Source: a virus
Virus record (IMG/VR): IMGVR_UViG_3300035701_000010
Span: 1 to 64,000 of that record
Length of the DNA: 64,000 nucleotides
Direction: 5' to 3' (one strand)
Part shown: positions 18,514 through 26,858 of the stretch, one piece after another
How positions within the stretch are numbered: position 1 is the stretch's first letter
Layout: the number at the start of each line of letters is the position of its first letter
Notes under the pieces: model-generated
Database searches by the model: none
Seen by the model: only the letters and a program-made list of their open reading frames with translations
Told to the model about the DNA's origin: nothing
Program-made: the position numbers and the translations under genes

Positions 18514-19056
18514 TTAGATTTGGTTTACCTTACGCCTACAATATACCACAGCGACTGCTTCTTGGCTATACTTTTTTAAACTAAATCCGTGAAACTGTAA
18601 GTTTAGTAATTTGAGGGAACGAGGTTTATTGCGAGCAGATTCTGCAATTGCGCACTTCCCCTCTCTTCCAGGAAGAACTGGATTAACACAAAACTGGCAA
18701 GAGCGATGAACTAAGAAGAGTAAGGCATCATAATTATCTCTTCTTAAATATTGTAGAAGAATGGGATAGGCTTTTTGCGAGATCTTAATGGTATTCACGT
18801 CCGCTAATCGTTTTCCATGAAGCTTAAGATCGCATTCAAAATGAAATGGTACGCTGCACCATGGACATTTAGAACTTGGATTAAAGTGGCCATTAAATTC
18901 GTAAATATCCATAAGCTTACCATCCAACCAATGGGTAAATAGTTCCTCACTAAAACCTCCCTCTTTGAAATTATATAGAAAACATCCTTTGGTTTCAAAT
19001 TGATCCACTTTAATCGTTGGATTTTTAATGAATAAGCGATCTGATAGGGTAAACAT
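18514..19056 (-). CDS. Divergent Cys-rich DUF2284-like metal-binding protein
   Basis: KCPWC...SCQFC...KC...PRSL pattern parallels the 19865-20518 protein. Confidence 0.45.
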   Translation of the reverse strand: MFTLSDRLFIKNPTIKVDQFETKGCFLYNFKEGGFSEELFTHWLDGKLMDIYEFNGHFNPSSKCPWCSVPFHFECDLKLHGKRLADVNTIKISQKAYPILLQYLRRDNYDALLFLVHRSCQFCVNPVLPGREGKCAIAESARNKPRSLKLLNLQFHGFSLKKYSQEAVAVVYCRRKVNQI

Positions 19057-19354
19057 TTTGTTCTCCTACTGGTTTTTTGAAATAAAAAGTAACATGGTCT
19101 GAGCTAATATGAACATGGTAGTATTCGAATCCATCTGCAATTGTTTTAGTCCAGTCATCAAAAAGAATATTAGAAATTGAATAGGTAAGCATTCGTATTT
19201 TGTTTTCTCTTTTGATTTTTTCTATATGCTCTAAAAATTCTAGTGGGAGTTCTCTTTCTTTATGTAGATGCATATAGATAGCCCAAACAGAAAGCAAGCT
19301 ACATCCAAGAATAAGAAATCCTAGAACAATAAGGAGTTGATAAAATTGGTTCAT
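19025..19354 (-). CDS. Membrane-anchored hypothetical protein
   Basis: N-terminal TM helix LLIVLGFLILGCSLLSVWAIYM. Confidence 0.65.
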   Translation of the reverse strand: MNQFYQLLIVLGFLILGCSLLSVWAIYMHLHKERELPLEFLEHIEKIKRENKIRMLTYSISNILFDDWTKTIADGFEYYHVHISSDHVTFYFKKPVGEQNVYPIRSLIH

Positions 19355-19360
19355 AGATTT

Positions 19361-19525
19361 TTATCCTTCGTCACATGCATCAGAATATCCGGCTCGGTAG
19401 CCATTTTTCCAACAATCCCACCACGGCCAATAGTCACCTTTATGTTTTAGAGATATTCCTTGTTCTTCAGCATACTTTATAAACTCATCCCATTGAAATT
19501 TATCTGCACTTTTTGGTCTACGCAT
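19361..19525 (-). CDS. Small Trp-rich hypothetical protein (54 aa)
   Basis: Manual translation MRRPKSADKFQWDEF...YWPWWDCWKNGY; AAGGAG RBS. Confidence 0.6.
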   Translation of the reverse strand: MRRPKSADKFQWDEFIKYAEEQGISLKHKGDYWPWWDCWKNGYRAGYSDACDEG

Positions 19526-19847
19526 TTTTTTTGCTCCTTTCTTTTAGGAGTTCTATAAAGACATCTCCATGACATGGCTTGGGTCTGCAAAAACATCCCA
19601 GCACCTTATCTTTAAGTTCATCAAGGTGCTCTAGAATCCATTTTCTTCGTTCTGGTTCTATTTCTTCTAAATCCTTATCTCCATTAAGCCATCGCCTACA
19701 ATCTTTGATCACTAATGGTCGATCTCTTTCTCGTTGCATGATGAAGGGATTTCCCCAATGCTTGTTTCCTCTTCTTCTCCCAATAAACACGTCGAACTGG
19801 TCTCCATTCTTAACGTTGACGACAGTGGTAGCCATGTTTTCCTCCAT
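19518..19847 (-). CDS. DUF4326 domain protein
   Basis: VFIGR...WGNPF...LKDKVLGCFCRPKPCHGDV. Confidence 0.9.
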   Translation of the reverse strand: MEENMATTVVNVKNGDQFDVFIGRRRGNKHWGNPFIMQRERDRPLVIKDCRRWLNGDKDLEEIEPERRKWILEHLDELKDKVLGCFCRPKPCHGDVFIELLKERSKKNA

Positions 19848-19864
19848 AGTTTTAGGCTAAAGAG

Positions 19865-20518
19865 TTAATTGTTTTTATGGCGGATTAGAAGCATGGTGAC
19901 GTTGGTAAGATAATTTTGGACAGGGTACTCGTATTCTATTCCAAGTTTTTTAAGCAATTCATAAACGTCTATTCCTATGGCTTCCAAGCTTGGCATTCCG
20001 CGATGTTTACAGGGAGGATTATCTCGGTTGGGGCATTTATGTCCACAAAGGTCACAGTGTCCTGGAATCAAAGCAAAGGCTCTGTATCCTTTCTCTTTGA
20101 AAATATTTCTATAGCCGTTCATAAGTTGGCTGATCGATCTGCTTTGTCCTGCTTCCGTACCTTTGAGCTGCTTGCCTTTCTTGGGTATTAGATTAATGTG
20201 GGACAACTCTTTCTTGTCAATCTTCCAAGATTTGCTGCCGTCATTTTTCCACACCAATAACACAGCCACTTCAAAACGGTCAAGAAAAGTTCTGGTGCTG
20301 GCAAGGGTAGCAAACCAAGGGTAGGTGAGCCAGAGATAGGGGGGACAGAGTATAGCTCGCTTATAAAGTCCGCATTGAAAGCATTTTAAACGAGCCGTTA
20401 AGCCGATTGGAATGATTGAAGGTTTTATGTACCTGATTTCAGAAAGTGATTCTGGAAATCCAAGTTCTTTTTGAACAATTCTCTCAATCTTTCGGTCTGG
20501 AAACATAATTGCATCCAT
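19865..20518 (-). CDS. DUF2284 predicted metal-binding protein
   Basis: RLKCFQC-x7-CPP...GHCDLC-x3-C-x7-C-x5-PSLEAIGIDV. Confidence 0.8.
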   Translation of the reverse strand: MDAIMFPDRKIERIVQKELGFPESLSEIRYIKPSIIPIGLTARLKCFQCGLYKRAILCPPYLWLTYPWFATLASTRTFLDRFEVAVLLVWKNDGSKSWKIDKKELSHINLIPKKGKQLKGTEAGQSRSISQLMNGYRNIFKEKGYRAFALIPGHCDLCGHKCPNRDNPPCKHRGMPSLEAIGIDVYELLKKLGIEYEYPVQNYLTNVTMLLIRHKNN

Positions 20519-20787
20519 GAGTAAATGATAATAATTGCTGGTTTAATATCTTTCTTTGTTTCCTTTACCAAGTGTTCTAGTTTTAAAGCTTTTGATTGGG
20601 TCATGAAACAAGATACGCAAACAACGCTTTTCACTTTCTTGGCTCTGGTATATTTGGCTCCACGACCATCCATATGCTTCTTTAATCTATTAATAAAGTC
20701 GTTGGTCGCTCCACAGTAATAACTTCCATCTTCACATTCTAACAGATAGACTTGCCAATCTTGTATTTCTGTTTGATGGTTGATCAT
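20425..20787 (-). CDS. GIY-YIG nuclease (YhbQ/SLX1-like)
   Basis: VYLLECEDGSYYCGATND-x3-RLKKH-x2-GRGAKYTR...ALKLE. Confidence 0.88.
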   Translation of the reverse strand: MINHQTEIQDWQVYLLECEDGSYYCGATNDFINRLKKHMDGRGAKYTRAKKVKSVVCVSCFMTQSKALKLEHLVKETKKDIKPAIIIIYSWMQLCFQTERLRELFKKNLDFQNHFLKSGT

Positions 20788-21818
20788 CTTTCTAAGACTC
20801 TTTTGACTACAACCAATTTATCTCTTGGCATCCAAGATCGTTCAACATACTCTGTGTAGTGTGGTTCTTTTAAGGATTTTTCAATTACTCTCCATGTTTC
20901 TTTGGTTGGCTTTTCAAGCGTTTCCTTGCCCATTCGGTCTGGCAGTAAGCCTACTCTATAGGACCGTGTATTGCATCCGTAACAGGGACTGAATGTTCTA
21001 TATCCGTAGAACAAAGCTCTTCGAGCCGCTTTGAATTGAGGACCTTGCCAGATGTCATTGATTGACTGGTGCAAGACATTACCGCATTTATAGATACCAA
21101 CCCAATCCATGCAGCATAGAGCCACATTGCCATTCCATCGAATACTAACTTCTCTAAATGGTCTAGCGCATCGATCCCCTTGCAATGAAAAATCTCTTGG
21201 AAAAGCGCAAGCGGCATGGGTCATTAATTTTCCATGCGTTCCTCCTGATTCATGACTTACATCTTCTGTAATGACAGTATGGTGTTCGGAAGGCTTGCGT
21301 CTCCGATGCGGGTTAGCTTTTTGATCTTTTGGATAGTTGTAGAAAGGGTAAGGTCCTTTATATCTTGCCAGTATTCTTTCTACTGTTTTCATCCGATCAT
21401 AATTGTCTAAAAGAATAACATTAATCCCCGCATCCATCAAGGCATTGATTTCGATGGTTGTCGCACGCAACAGGCCTCCCCCATTGGTGGTGACCATAAG
21501 AGAAGATTTAGGAAGACGTTTTCTAAAAATAGAAACAAGCTTAGGAAGATCAGGATGCATGGTTGGTTCTCCATGCATCGCAAACTCTACCCTTGGGTTC
21601 CATCCTGCCTCAATGATTTGATGTGCAATTTCGATGGCCGTATTTATTTCCATAAATTTAAAAGGCCCGCTGTTGGTTCCATGAAATCTTTCAAGCCCAT
21701 TAGCTTCATTATCCCGAATACTCTGAATACCACAGAAGCTACAAGCCAGTTGGCAACCTTCTACGGGTTCGATTTGAACAGCGTTTGGCGAATCTTGATA
21801 AGTGGAAATTGATTTCAT
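20784..21818 (-). CDS. Radical SAM enzyme with SPASM/Twitch domain
   Basis: CQLACSFC, HGEPTMHP, TNG; C-terminal CARPF...ALCCMD...GNV...PCYGC. Confidence 0.92.
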   Translation of the reverse strand: MKSISTYQDSPNAVQIEPVEGCQLACSFCGIQSIRDNEANGLERFHGTNSGPFKFMEINTAIEIAHQIIEAGWNPRVEFAMHGEPTMHPDLPKLVSIFRKRLPKSSLMVTTNGGGLLRATTIEINALMDAGINVILLDNYDRMKTVERILARYKGPYPFYNYPKDQKANPHRRRKPSEHHTVITEDVSHESGGTHGKLMTHAACAFPRDFSLQGDRCARPFREVSIRWNGNVALCCMDWVGIYKCGNVLHQSINDIWQGPQFKAARRALFYGYRTFSPCYGCNTRSYRVGLLPDRMGKETLEKPTKETWRVIEKSLKEPHYTEYVERSWMPRDKLVVVKRVLER

Positions 21819-21834
21819 AAGATTTTCTCCAAAA

Positions 21835-22641
21835 TTAAGTTAGATCTTTTGAAGACTCGTAAGCTTTCTTCCATTGAATTCTTACATCGAATCGCTCGCG
21901 CATCCCGTCCCATCCCGTTTTGCTCACCTTAGTAACTACAGTTACAAAGTCTGGATGTAATTGTGCTAATCCTTTAGCGCATTGCTCTTGAAGCCTAGCA
22001 GTTCTATAAGTGCTGCACCCTCCAGGTTTGCCAATCATTTGATCTACCGTGCAATCGGTTAGAACCATATTTCTGTATCCTACTTCCAAAAATTGCAATG
22101 TAACGTCAAAGTCCTCCATTAATTGTAGCCGGTTAAAGACTGCTCCTATTTTGTGGTAGACCCTGACGTCGATGCCATGGACATTAAGCTGCCGTGTGCA
22201 GGTGACAAACTCTTTAGGGAACAATCTGTTGTTGCCAGACCGTTGGCTCACTCCGACCAATGGGTAGTCTTCTTCTCTTAATATTCTGAAAATTTCTTTA
22301 AGAGTTCTCCAAATTTCTTCTGGCTTCATATCACGAAGATGGTAAGACTTGTCTGACTTTCTAATGGCCCATTTGTTAAGATCATCATCCAACATGATAA
22401 TTCTCTTAACCCCGATTCTTTTAGCCCATCCCATAATCCATTGCCGCTTGTTGGTAATTCCTTCTGTTGGAGAAGCGACGGCCCAATAGCCTTTCTTTCT
22501 ATGCTTACTAATTTCTTCTTCAGGGCACACAAGAGTGACAGCATATCTTAACATGTCGCTTTCATTCCATTTAAGAATATCATAGGTGAGTTGGTTGCCA
22601 ACTCTTCCTCTTGTCGGAATCACTATGCGTTCTTCTGCCAT
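21835..22641 (-). CDS. GT-A glycosyltransferase, TAGT/GREB1 (base J / hydroxymethylpyrimidine glycosyltransferase)-like
   Basis: IVIPTRGR, GITNKRQWI, IMLDDDL, EDFDVTLQ, GGCSTYR, L-x3-HP-x-FV motifs. Confidence 0.8.
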   Translation of the reverse strand: MAEERIVIPTRGRVGNQLTYDILKWNESDMLRYAVTLVCPEEEISKHRKKGYWAVASPTEGITNKRQWIMGWAKRIGVKRIIMLDDDLNKWAIRKSDKSYHLRDMKPEEIWRTLKEIFRILREEDYPLVGVSQRSGNNRLFPKEFVTCTRQLNVHGIDVRVYHKIGAVFNRLQLMEDFDVTLQFLEVGYRNMVLTDCTVDQMIGKPGGCSTYRTARLQEQCAKGLAQLHPDFVTVVTKVSKTGWDGMRERFDVRIQWKKAYESSKDLT

Positions 22642-22644
22642 AAA

Positions 22645-23562
22645 TTACTCCGTTTTGAGCATTAAAGCCATCCATTGCCTACAATGAGATACATGGTAAG
22701 TCAGCCCTGCCATATTTCCAATGAAGGAAAATGGGAGTGAAGATTTTAATTCTCTGTATAGCGAATCTTTGATTGGTTTTCTTGGAAGGATGCCAACAAA
22801 TTCTCTAAAAATAAAATCCTCTTGAGCAAACTCTCTAAATTCTTCAAATTCCCATTCGTAGTGGTGGCTGCTTTCTGAGTCTTTCCATGCCCATTGTTCT
22901 CCTTTGTTTTTGTCTGGATTTGGAGAGGATAGAATAGCAATGCCATCGCTTTTAAGATTATTATAAATATTTTTCATAAAAGTAGAAGCTTTGTTCATAG
23001 GGATGTGTTCTAGAACTTCCATGGCGACAATGGCATCGGCTTTTTCTGGCATTTTAAGAGGATAACCAAGGTCTGCGATAACGGCATGGTATTCGTCATT
23101 GGCTTTGTGGGGGAGTTGTGGTTCCAATCTTCTATGGTCTGCATCGACACCGTAGTAGTGAAGTCTAGGCCATCCAAAATAATTGCCGTTGTTGCGCCAA
23201 AAGGTGTAAAGCTGACCCCTAGAGCACCCAAAGTCTACAAGCACTCTGTAATTGGCCTTGCTCTTGCTAAAGTATTCTCTAAGCCAATTTAAGGCAATAA
23301 TGAATCTAAAGAACTGAGCCACTTCAAATGTGTTAAACCATCGCATCTTAATTAGATTGAAGGTATTGTCATTTAATTTAGATTCAGTTTTGAAATACGT
23401 TTCTGAACGAAGGTCGAATAGTTCTGGTTGATAAGTTTCTAGCAGATGGAGTGGTTTGTCGGCAATGGCATGTCTTGGAGCAGGGTGTCTCTTCATACAA
23501 CCTCCAAATCTTAAAAAGGGGCGGTGCTGTTCTGCACACGCCCCTTCGAGTTTAAGAAACAC
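22645..23562 (-). CDS. Class I SAM-dependent methyltransferase
   Basis: LVDFGCSRG, YYGVD, ADAIVAMEVLEHI, LKSDG-x2-ILSSPN, HHYEW. Confidence 0.88.
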   Translation of the reverse strand: MFLKLEGACAEQHRPFLRFGGCMKRHPAPRHAIADKPLHLLETYQPELFDLRSETYFKTESKLNDNTFNLIKMRWFNTFEVAQFFRFIIALNWLREYFSKSKANYRVLVDFGCSRGQLYTFWRNNGNYFGWPRLHYYGVDADHRRLEPQLPHKANDEYHAVIADLGYPLKMPEKADAIVAMEVLEHIPMNKASTFMKNIYNNLKSDGIAILSSPNPDKNKGEQWAWKDSESSHHYEWEFEEFREFAQEDFIFREFVGILPRKPIKDSLYRELKSSLPFSFIGNMAGLTYHVSHCRQWMALMLKTE

Positions 23563-23573
23563 AAGATAATTGC

Positions 23574-24719
23574 TTAGTCGTCATCCTCTTCTTCAACTAC
23601 TTTTTTGGCTTTCTTCTTTGGTTTGTCATCATCATCATCGTCGTCATCTTCTACGACTTTTTTGGCTTTCTTCTTGGGTTTCTCATCCTCGTCATCATCC
23701 TCTTCAACTACTTTCTTCTTCTTAGGCTTATCGTCATCATCGTCCTCTTCTTCTTCTACGACTTTTTTGGCTTTCTTCTTGGGCTTGTCGTCATCGTCGT
23801 CGTCATCGTCGTCATCCTTCGCCTTGCCCTTTTTGGCCTTTTCTTGAAGTTTTTCAGCGAGGGCTTTGCCTTTGGCCTTTCGTTCCTTGGAGGCTTCGGT
23901 GGCTGCTTTCAAAGCAACCTTGATCATCTTGCCAAAGTTTTCTGGAAGTTCTTTTTCAAAAGCAAAGGCGGCGTACCCATCGTAAGGCTCTTTAGCTTTC
24001 TGCAGCTTTCCGAAAGGAACTGTTCCCTTCACTTCAAGCTCTTTCGGAGTCAATCTGTTAAAGAGAACAGCTAGACCAGACTCTGCACCTTTGGCTTTCA
24101 CGATGGACAGTACGATCACATTGTTTTGTTTGAAGATTGTGATAGAGGTTTTGTGGGTTACTTCGAGGTCGTAATCTTCAGCAATTTTGTCAACGGCTTT
24201 CTTGTACTTGATGGGGATGATGCCATTGTCGATGACGTCGGTACGAGTCTTTTTAAAAGACTTCATCTCTTTTGCGACCTTCTTCTTGGGCTTGTCATCA
24301 TCGTCATCGTCGTCGTCATCTTCTTCTACGACTTTCTTGGCTTTCTTCTTGGGTTTGTCATCATCATCGTCATCATCCTCTTCTTCTACGACTTTTTTGG
24401 CTTTCTTCTTGGGCTTGTCATCATCGTCATCGTCGTCGTCATCTTCTTCTACGACTTTCTTGGCTTTCTTCTTGGGTTTGTCATCGTCATCATCATCCTC
24501 TTCTTCTACGACTTTCTTCTTTGGCTTGTCATCGTCGTCATCGTCGTCATCGGCCTTTATTTTCTTGGCCGCAACTTTGGCGCATTTTGAATCTTCATCA
24601 CCGCCAAAGGCACATGCTTCCGTGCAGTCATCTTCATCTGCATCATACATTCCGAAGCACTGAGGTTTCTTCTCTTCCTTCTCTTCCTTGTCTTTTTTCT
24701 TGTCCTTGTCCTTAGCCAT
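23574..24719 (-). CDS. Charge-block repeat protein with N-terminal CFG Cys motif and central globular domain
   Basis: AGGAGGG RBS and own promoter; about 9 copies of D(6-9)KPKKK(AKK)VVEE flanking a ~120-aa domain. Confidence 0.85.
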   Translation of the reverse strand: MAKDKDKKKDKEEKEEKKPQCFGMYDADEDDCTEACAFGGDEDSKCAKVAAKKIKADDDDDDDDKPKKKVVEEEDDDDDDKPKKKAKKVVEEDDDDDDDDDKPKKKAKKVVEEEDDDDDDDKPKKKAKKVVEEDDDDDDDDDKPKKKVAKEMKSFKKTRTDVIDNGIIPIKYKKAVDKIAEDYDLEVTHKTSITIFKQNNVIVLSIVKAKGAESGLAVLFNRLTPKELEVKGTVPFGKLQKAKEPYDGYAAFAFEKELPENFGKMIKVALKAATEASKERKAKGKALAEKLQEKAKKGKAKDDDDDDDDDDKPKKKAKKVVEEEEDDDDDKPKKKKVVEEDDDEDEKPKKKAKKVVEDDDDDDDDKPKKKAKKVVEEEDDD

Positions 24720-24778
24720 TGTTGTTCCCTCCTGAAAAAGTGTTTTAGTTTCGAGTAGCAAATTACTCGTTATGGCCT

Positions 24779-24807
24779 AATATACCGCAGACTCGACTAA
24801 TTTGCAA
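24779..24807 (-). promoter_or_regulatory. sigma70-type promoter
   Basis: TTGCAA-N17-TATATT. Confidence 0.7.
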
Positions 24808-24844
24808 CAAAAAAACGCCTTTGATCCTTTTAAAGTAAAACGCC

Positions 24845-25918
24845 TCAAAACAGTAGACCTCCTTTGTTGAAGTTAAACGTTGTTTGCACTGGATATACTT
24901 TTCTATGGGCTATTATTTCAATAAAGTTTTTCCTCTCTGGAATATCATCTGGGTCTCCTGACAAAAGTCTTATAAAGGATATGCGACTATCACATTCGTT
25001 GGCTAATGTTTTTAGATTAGAAGTTAAGGTTTTGTCATCAACATCTGAATCTAGCATTAAGCATATCTCTTCTGATTCCTTATCTGAAAGTAATCTTGCT
25101 TGAGCGTTACTGATTCTGTTAGAACCAATGGCCACAGGATGAAATCCGAATAGAATGGTTCTAACACAATCAGTAAAGCCTTCATGGACAAATATTATTT
25201 TGCTATGCTTCTTTATGTGATTATAATTAAAAAGAAGGGTTGACATCATAGTTCCAGCAGGGTAAAGAACTTTCTTTTTAGCCTTTTGAAGCATCTTATT
25301 CTGTTTATTTTTTTTTGACAATTCTTTAAAGATTTTTAAAGCCTTTTTGGTTGATTGGCTATAAGCAAAGAAACTTTGGTTGTGATTTGTTTTAATAGGA
25401 ATAATGAGACGGCCTTCATAAAATCCAGAATCACAACGCCCCACTTTAAAATGCTTGATAATTGAAAATGGAATATTTCTGCGATTACAAAAGTTTGTGG
25501 TCACCCGTAGTCGCTGAAACTCTTTAGGTAGATCGATGATACATTCTTCATAACTGTCATCATCTATGCTTATGGTTAATGAATTTTTAGCTAAGTCCTG
25601 GGCTTGTTGCTTGGTGGAGATAAATGGATTTTCTTCTTTAGATAAAAGATGCCCAAAATTTTCCAATATCTCATGGTATGGGTAGCCATAGTAAACCACC
25701 AAAAACGCTTTATGATTGCCTTGAATGCCGCATCGATGGCAGATGAATCTTTTATCATGTTTAGGGTTGTTAGAACCGAGGTTGACAAACATGTGATCTT
25801 TTGGTTTGGGGCAATCACGAGCAATGCAGTCTATATTGAGTTCATCACCGTTTCGTCCTTTAAAGATTTTTCCTTTTGGAAATTCTTTCTTAAGAAAGTT
25901 TGCCCAATCAATCTTCAT
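24845..25918 (-). CDS. DnaG-like DNA primase
   Basis: N-terminal zinc finger (C...C...H...CHRC), GRLIIPI, TOPRIM VHEGFTD and MLDSD. Confidence 0.88.
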   Translation of the reverse strand: MKIDWANFLKKEFPKGKIFKGRNGDELNIDCIARDCPKPKDHMFVNLGSNNPKHDKRFICHRCGIQGNHKAFLVVYYGYPYHEILENFGHLLSKEENPFISTKQQAQDLAKNSLTISIDDDSYEECIIDLPKEFQRLRVTTNFCNRRNIPFSIIKHFKVGRCDSGFYEGRLIIPIKTNHNQSFFAYSQSTKKALKIFKELSKKNKQNKMLQKAKKKVLYPAGTMMSTLLFNYNHIKKHSKIIFVHEGFTDCVRTILFGFHPVAIGSNRISNAQARLLSDKESEEICLMLDSDVDDKTLTSNLKTLANECDSRISFIRLLSGDPDDIPERKNFIEIIAHRKVYPVQTTFNFNKGGLLF

Positions 25919-25919
25919 T

Positions 25920-26858
25920 TTACATCTCCATAAAAAGTTTAATTCTTTCCATAACTTTCTTAACTTCAAACATCCCAAAACAATTGTCATCTATATTTTC
26001 AAAAGGTTCGCATACTTCGTGTGTCTTAATTGGACATTTTGGATACGTGCAAGCAGACCTCAGTTGAGGGCTTCGTTGGGCCGTAAGCTTAATCAAGTGA
26101 TTAAATGAGCCCATTTCTATTGGATCTGTATTGGCAAAAAGTCCAATCGTTTTAGTTCCTACGGCAACAGATAGGTTAAGTAAAAATCCATCAAAAGAGA
26201 CAAAGACATCACAAAATTCTAAAGCTTGAGCAAGCAATACAGAATCTTCAATGTCCGTAAACAGAACCATTTGATTGCCAAAGGTTCTTTTAAGCATTAA
26301 AACTCTAACGTCATTAGAATTAGATCCAAATAACGCAATTTTTGCATTTGGAAAAGAAGTGTAGATTGCTTTTATAAGATCTTTTAGAAAAGAAAAAGGA
26401 GGTTTAACATAGGGGTTCGGACCTTCTCCAATGCAAATCCCAAAAAGCGGGTTAGGTCCTTTTTTTATTCTAGAATGAATAATGTCTATAGGATGAGCAG
26501 ATTTTTTGAAATAATAAAATTCTCCAAATGGTGGAGGAATAATGGTGGGTGGGGGAAAAGCGTATGGATATGAATGCCATTTTTCATAATTCTGAATAAA
26601 AGCTTGCCCCAATTCGGTATTGGCTCTACTTATGATTGATTCAAAGTGTTTGGCTAGAAGAATAAATATGTTTTCCATCGTAATTGGATAGATCTTTATA
26701 CTATCAGATTCTATCGTAGAAAAGAAGTCAAAACAATTTTCTTCTGTAAGAACACTAACCATCACGTCATCTGTTACACCAGTTCTTTTAAGAATATAGG
26801 TTGATTTAAATACCTCTTTCTTTTCACCAGTAGTCACAAACAAAACATCAGTTCGCAT
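25920..26858 (-). CDS. Glycosyltransferase family 9-like (GT-B) protein
   Basis: CDVFVSFDGFLLNLSVAVGTKTIGLF-x2-TDP plus Cys-rich tail typical of heptosyltransferase-family C-terminal domains. Confidence 0.72.
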   Translation of the reverse strand: MRTDVLFVTTGEKKEVFKSTYILKRTGVTDDVMVSVLTEENCFDFFSTIESDSIKIYPITMENIFILLAKHFESIISRANTELGQAFIQNYEKWHSYPYAFPPPTIIPPPFGEFYYFKKSAHPIDIIHSRIKKGPNPLFGICIGEGPNPYVKPPFSFLKDLIKAIYTSFPNAKIALFGSNSNDVRVLMLKRTFGNQMVLFTDIEDSVLLAQALEFCDVFVSFDGFLLNLSVAVGTKTIGLFANTDPIEMGSFNHLIKLTAQRSPQLRSACTYPKCPIKTHEVCEPFENIDDNCFGMFEVKKVMERIKLFMEM

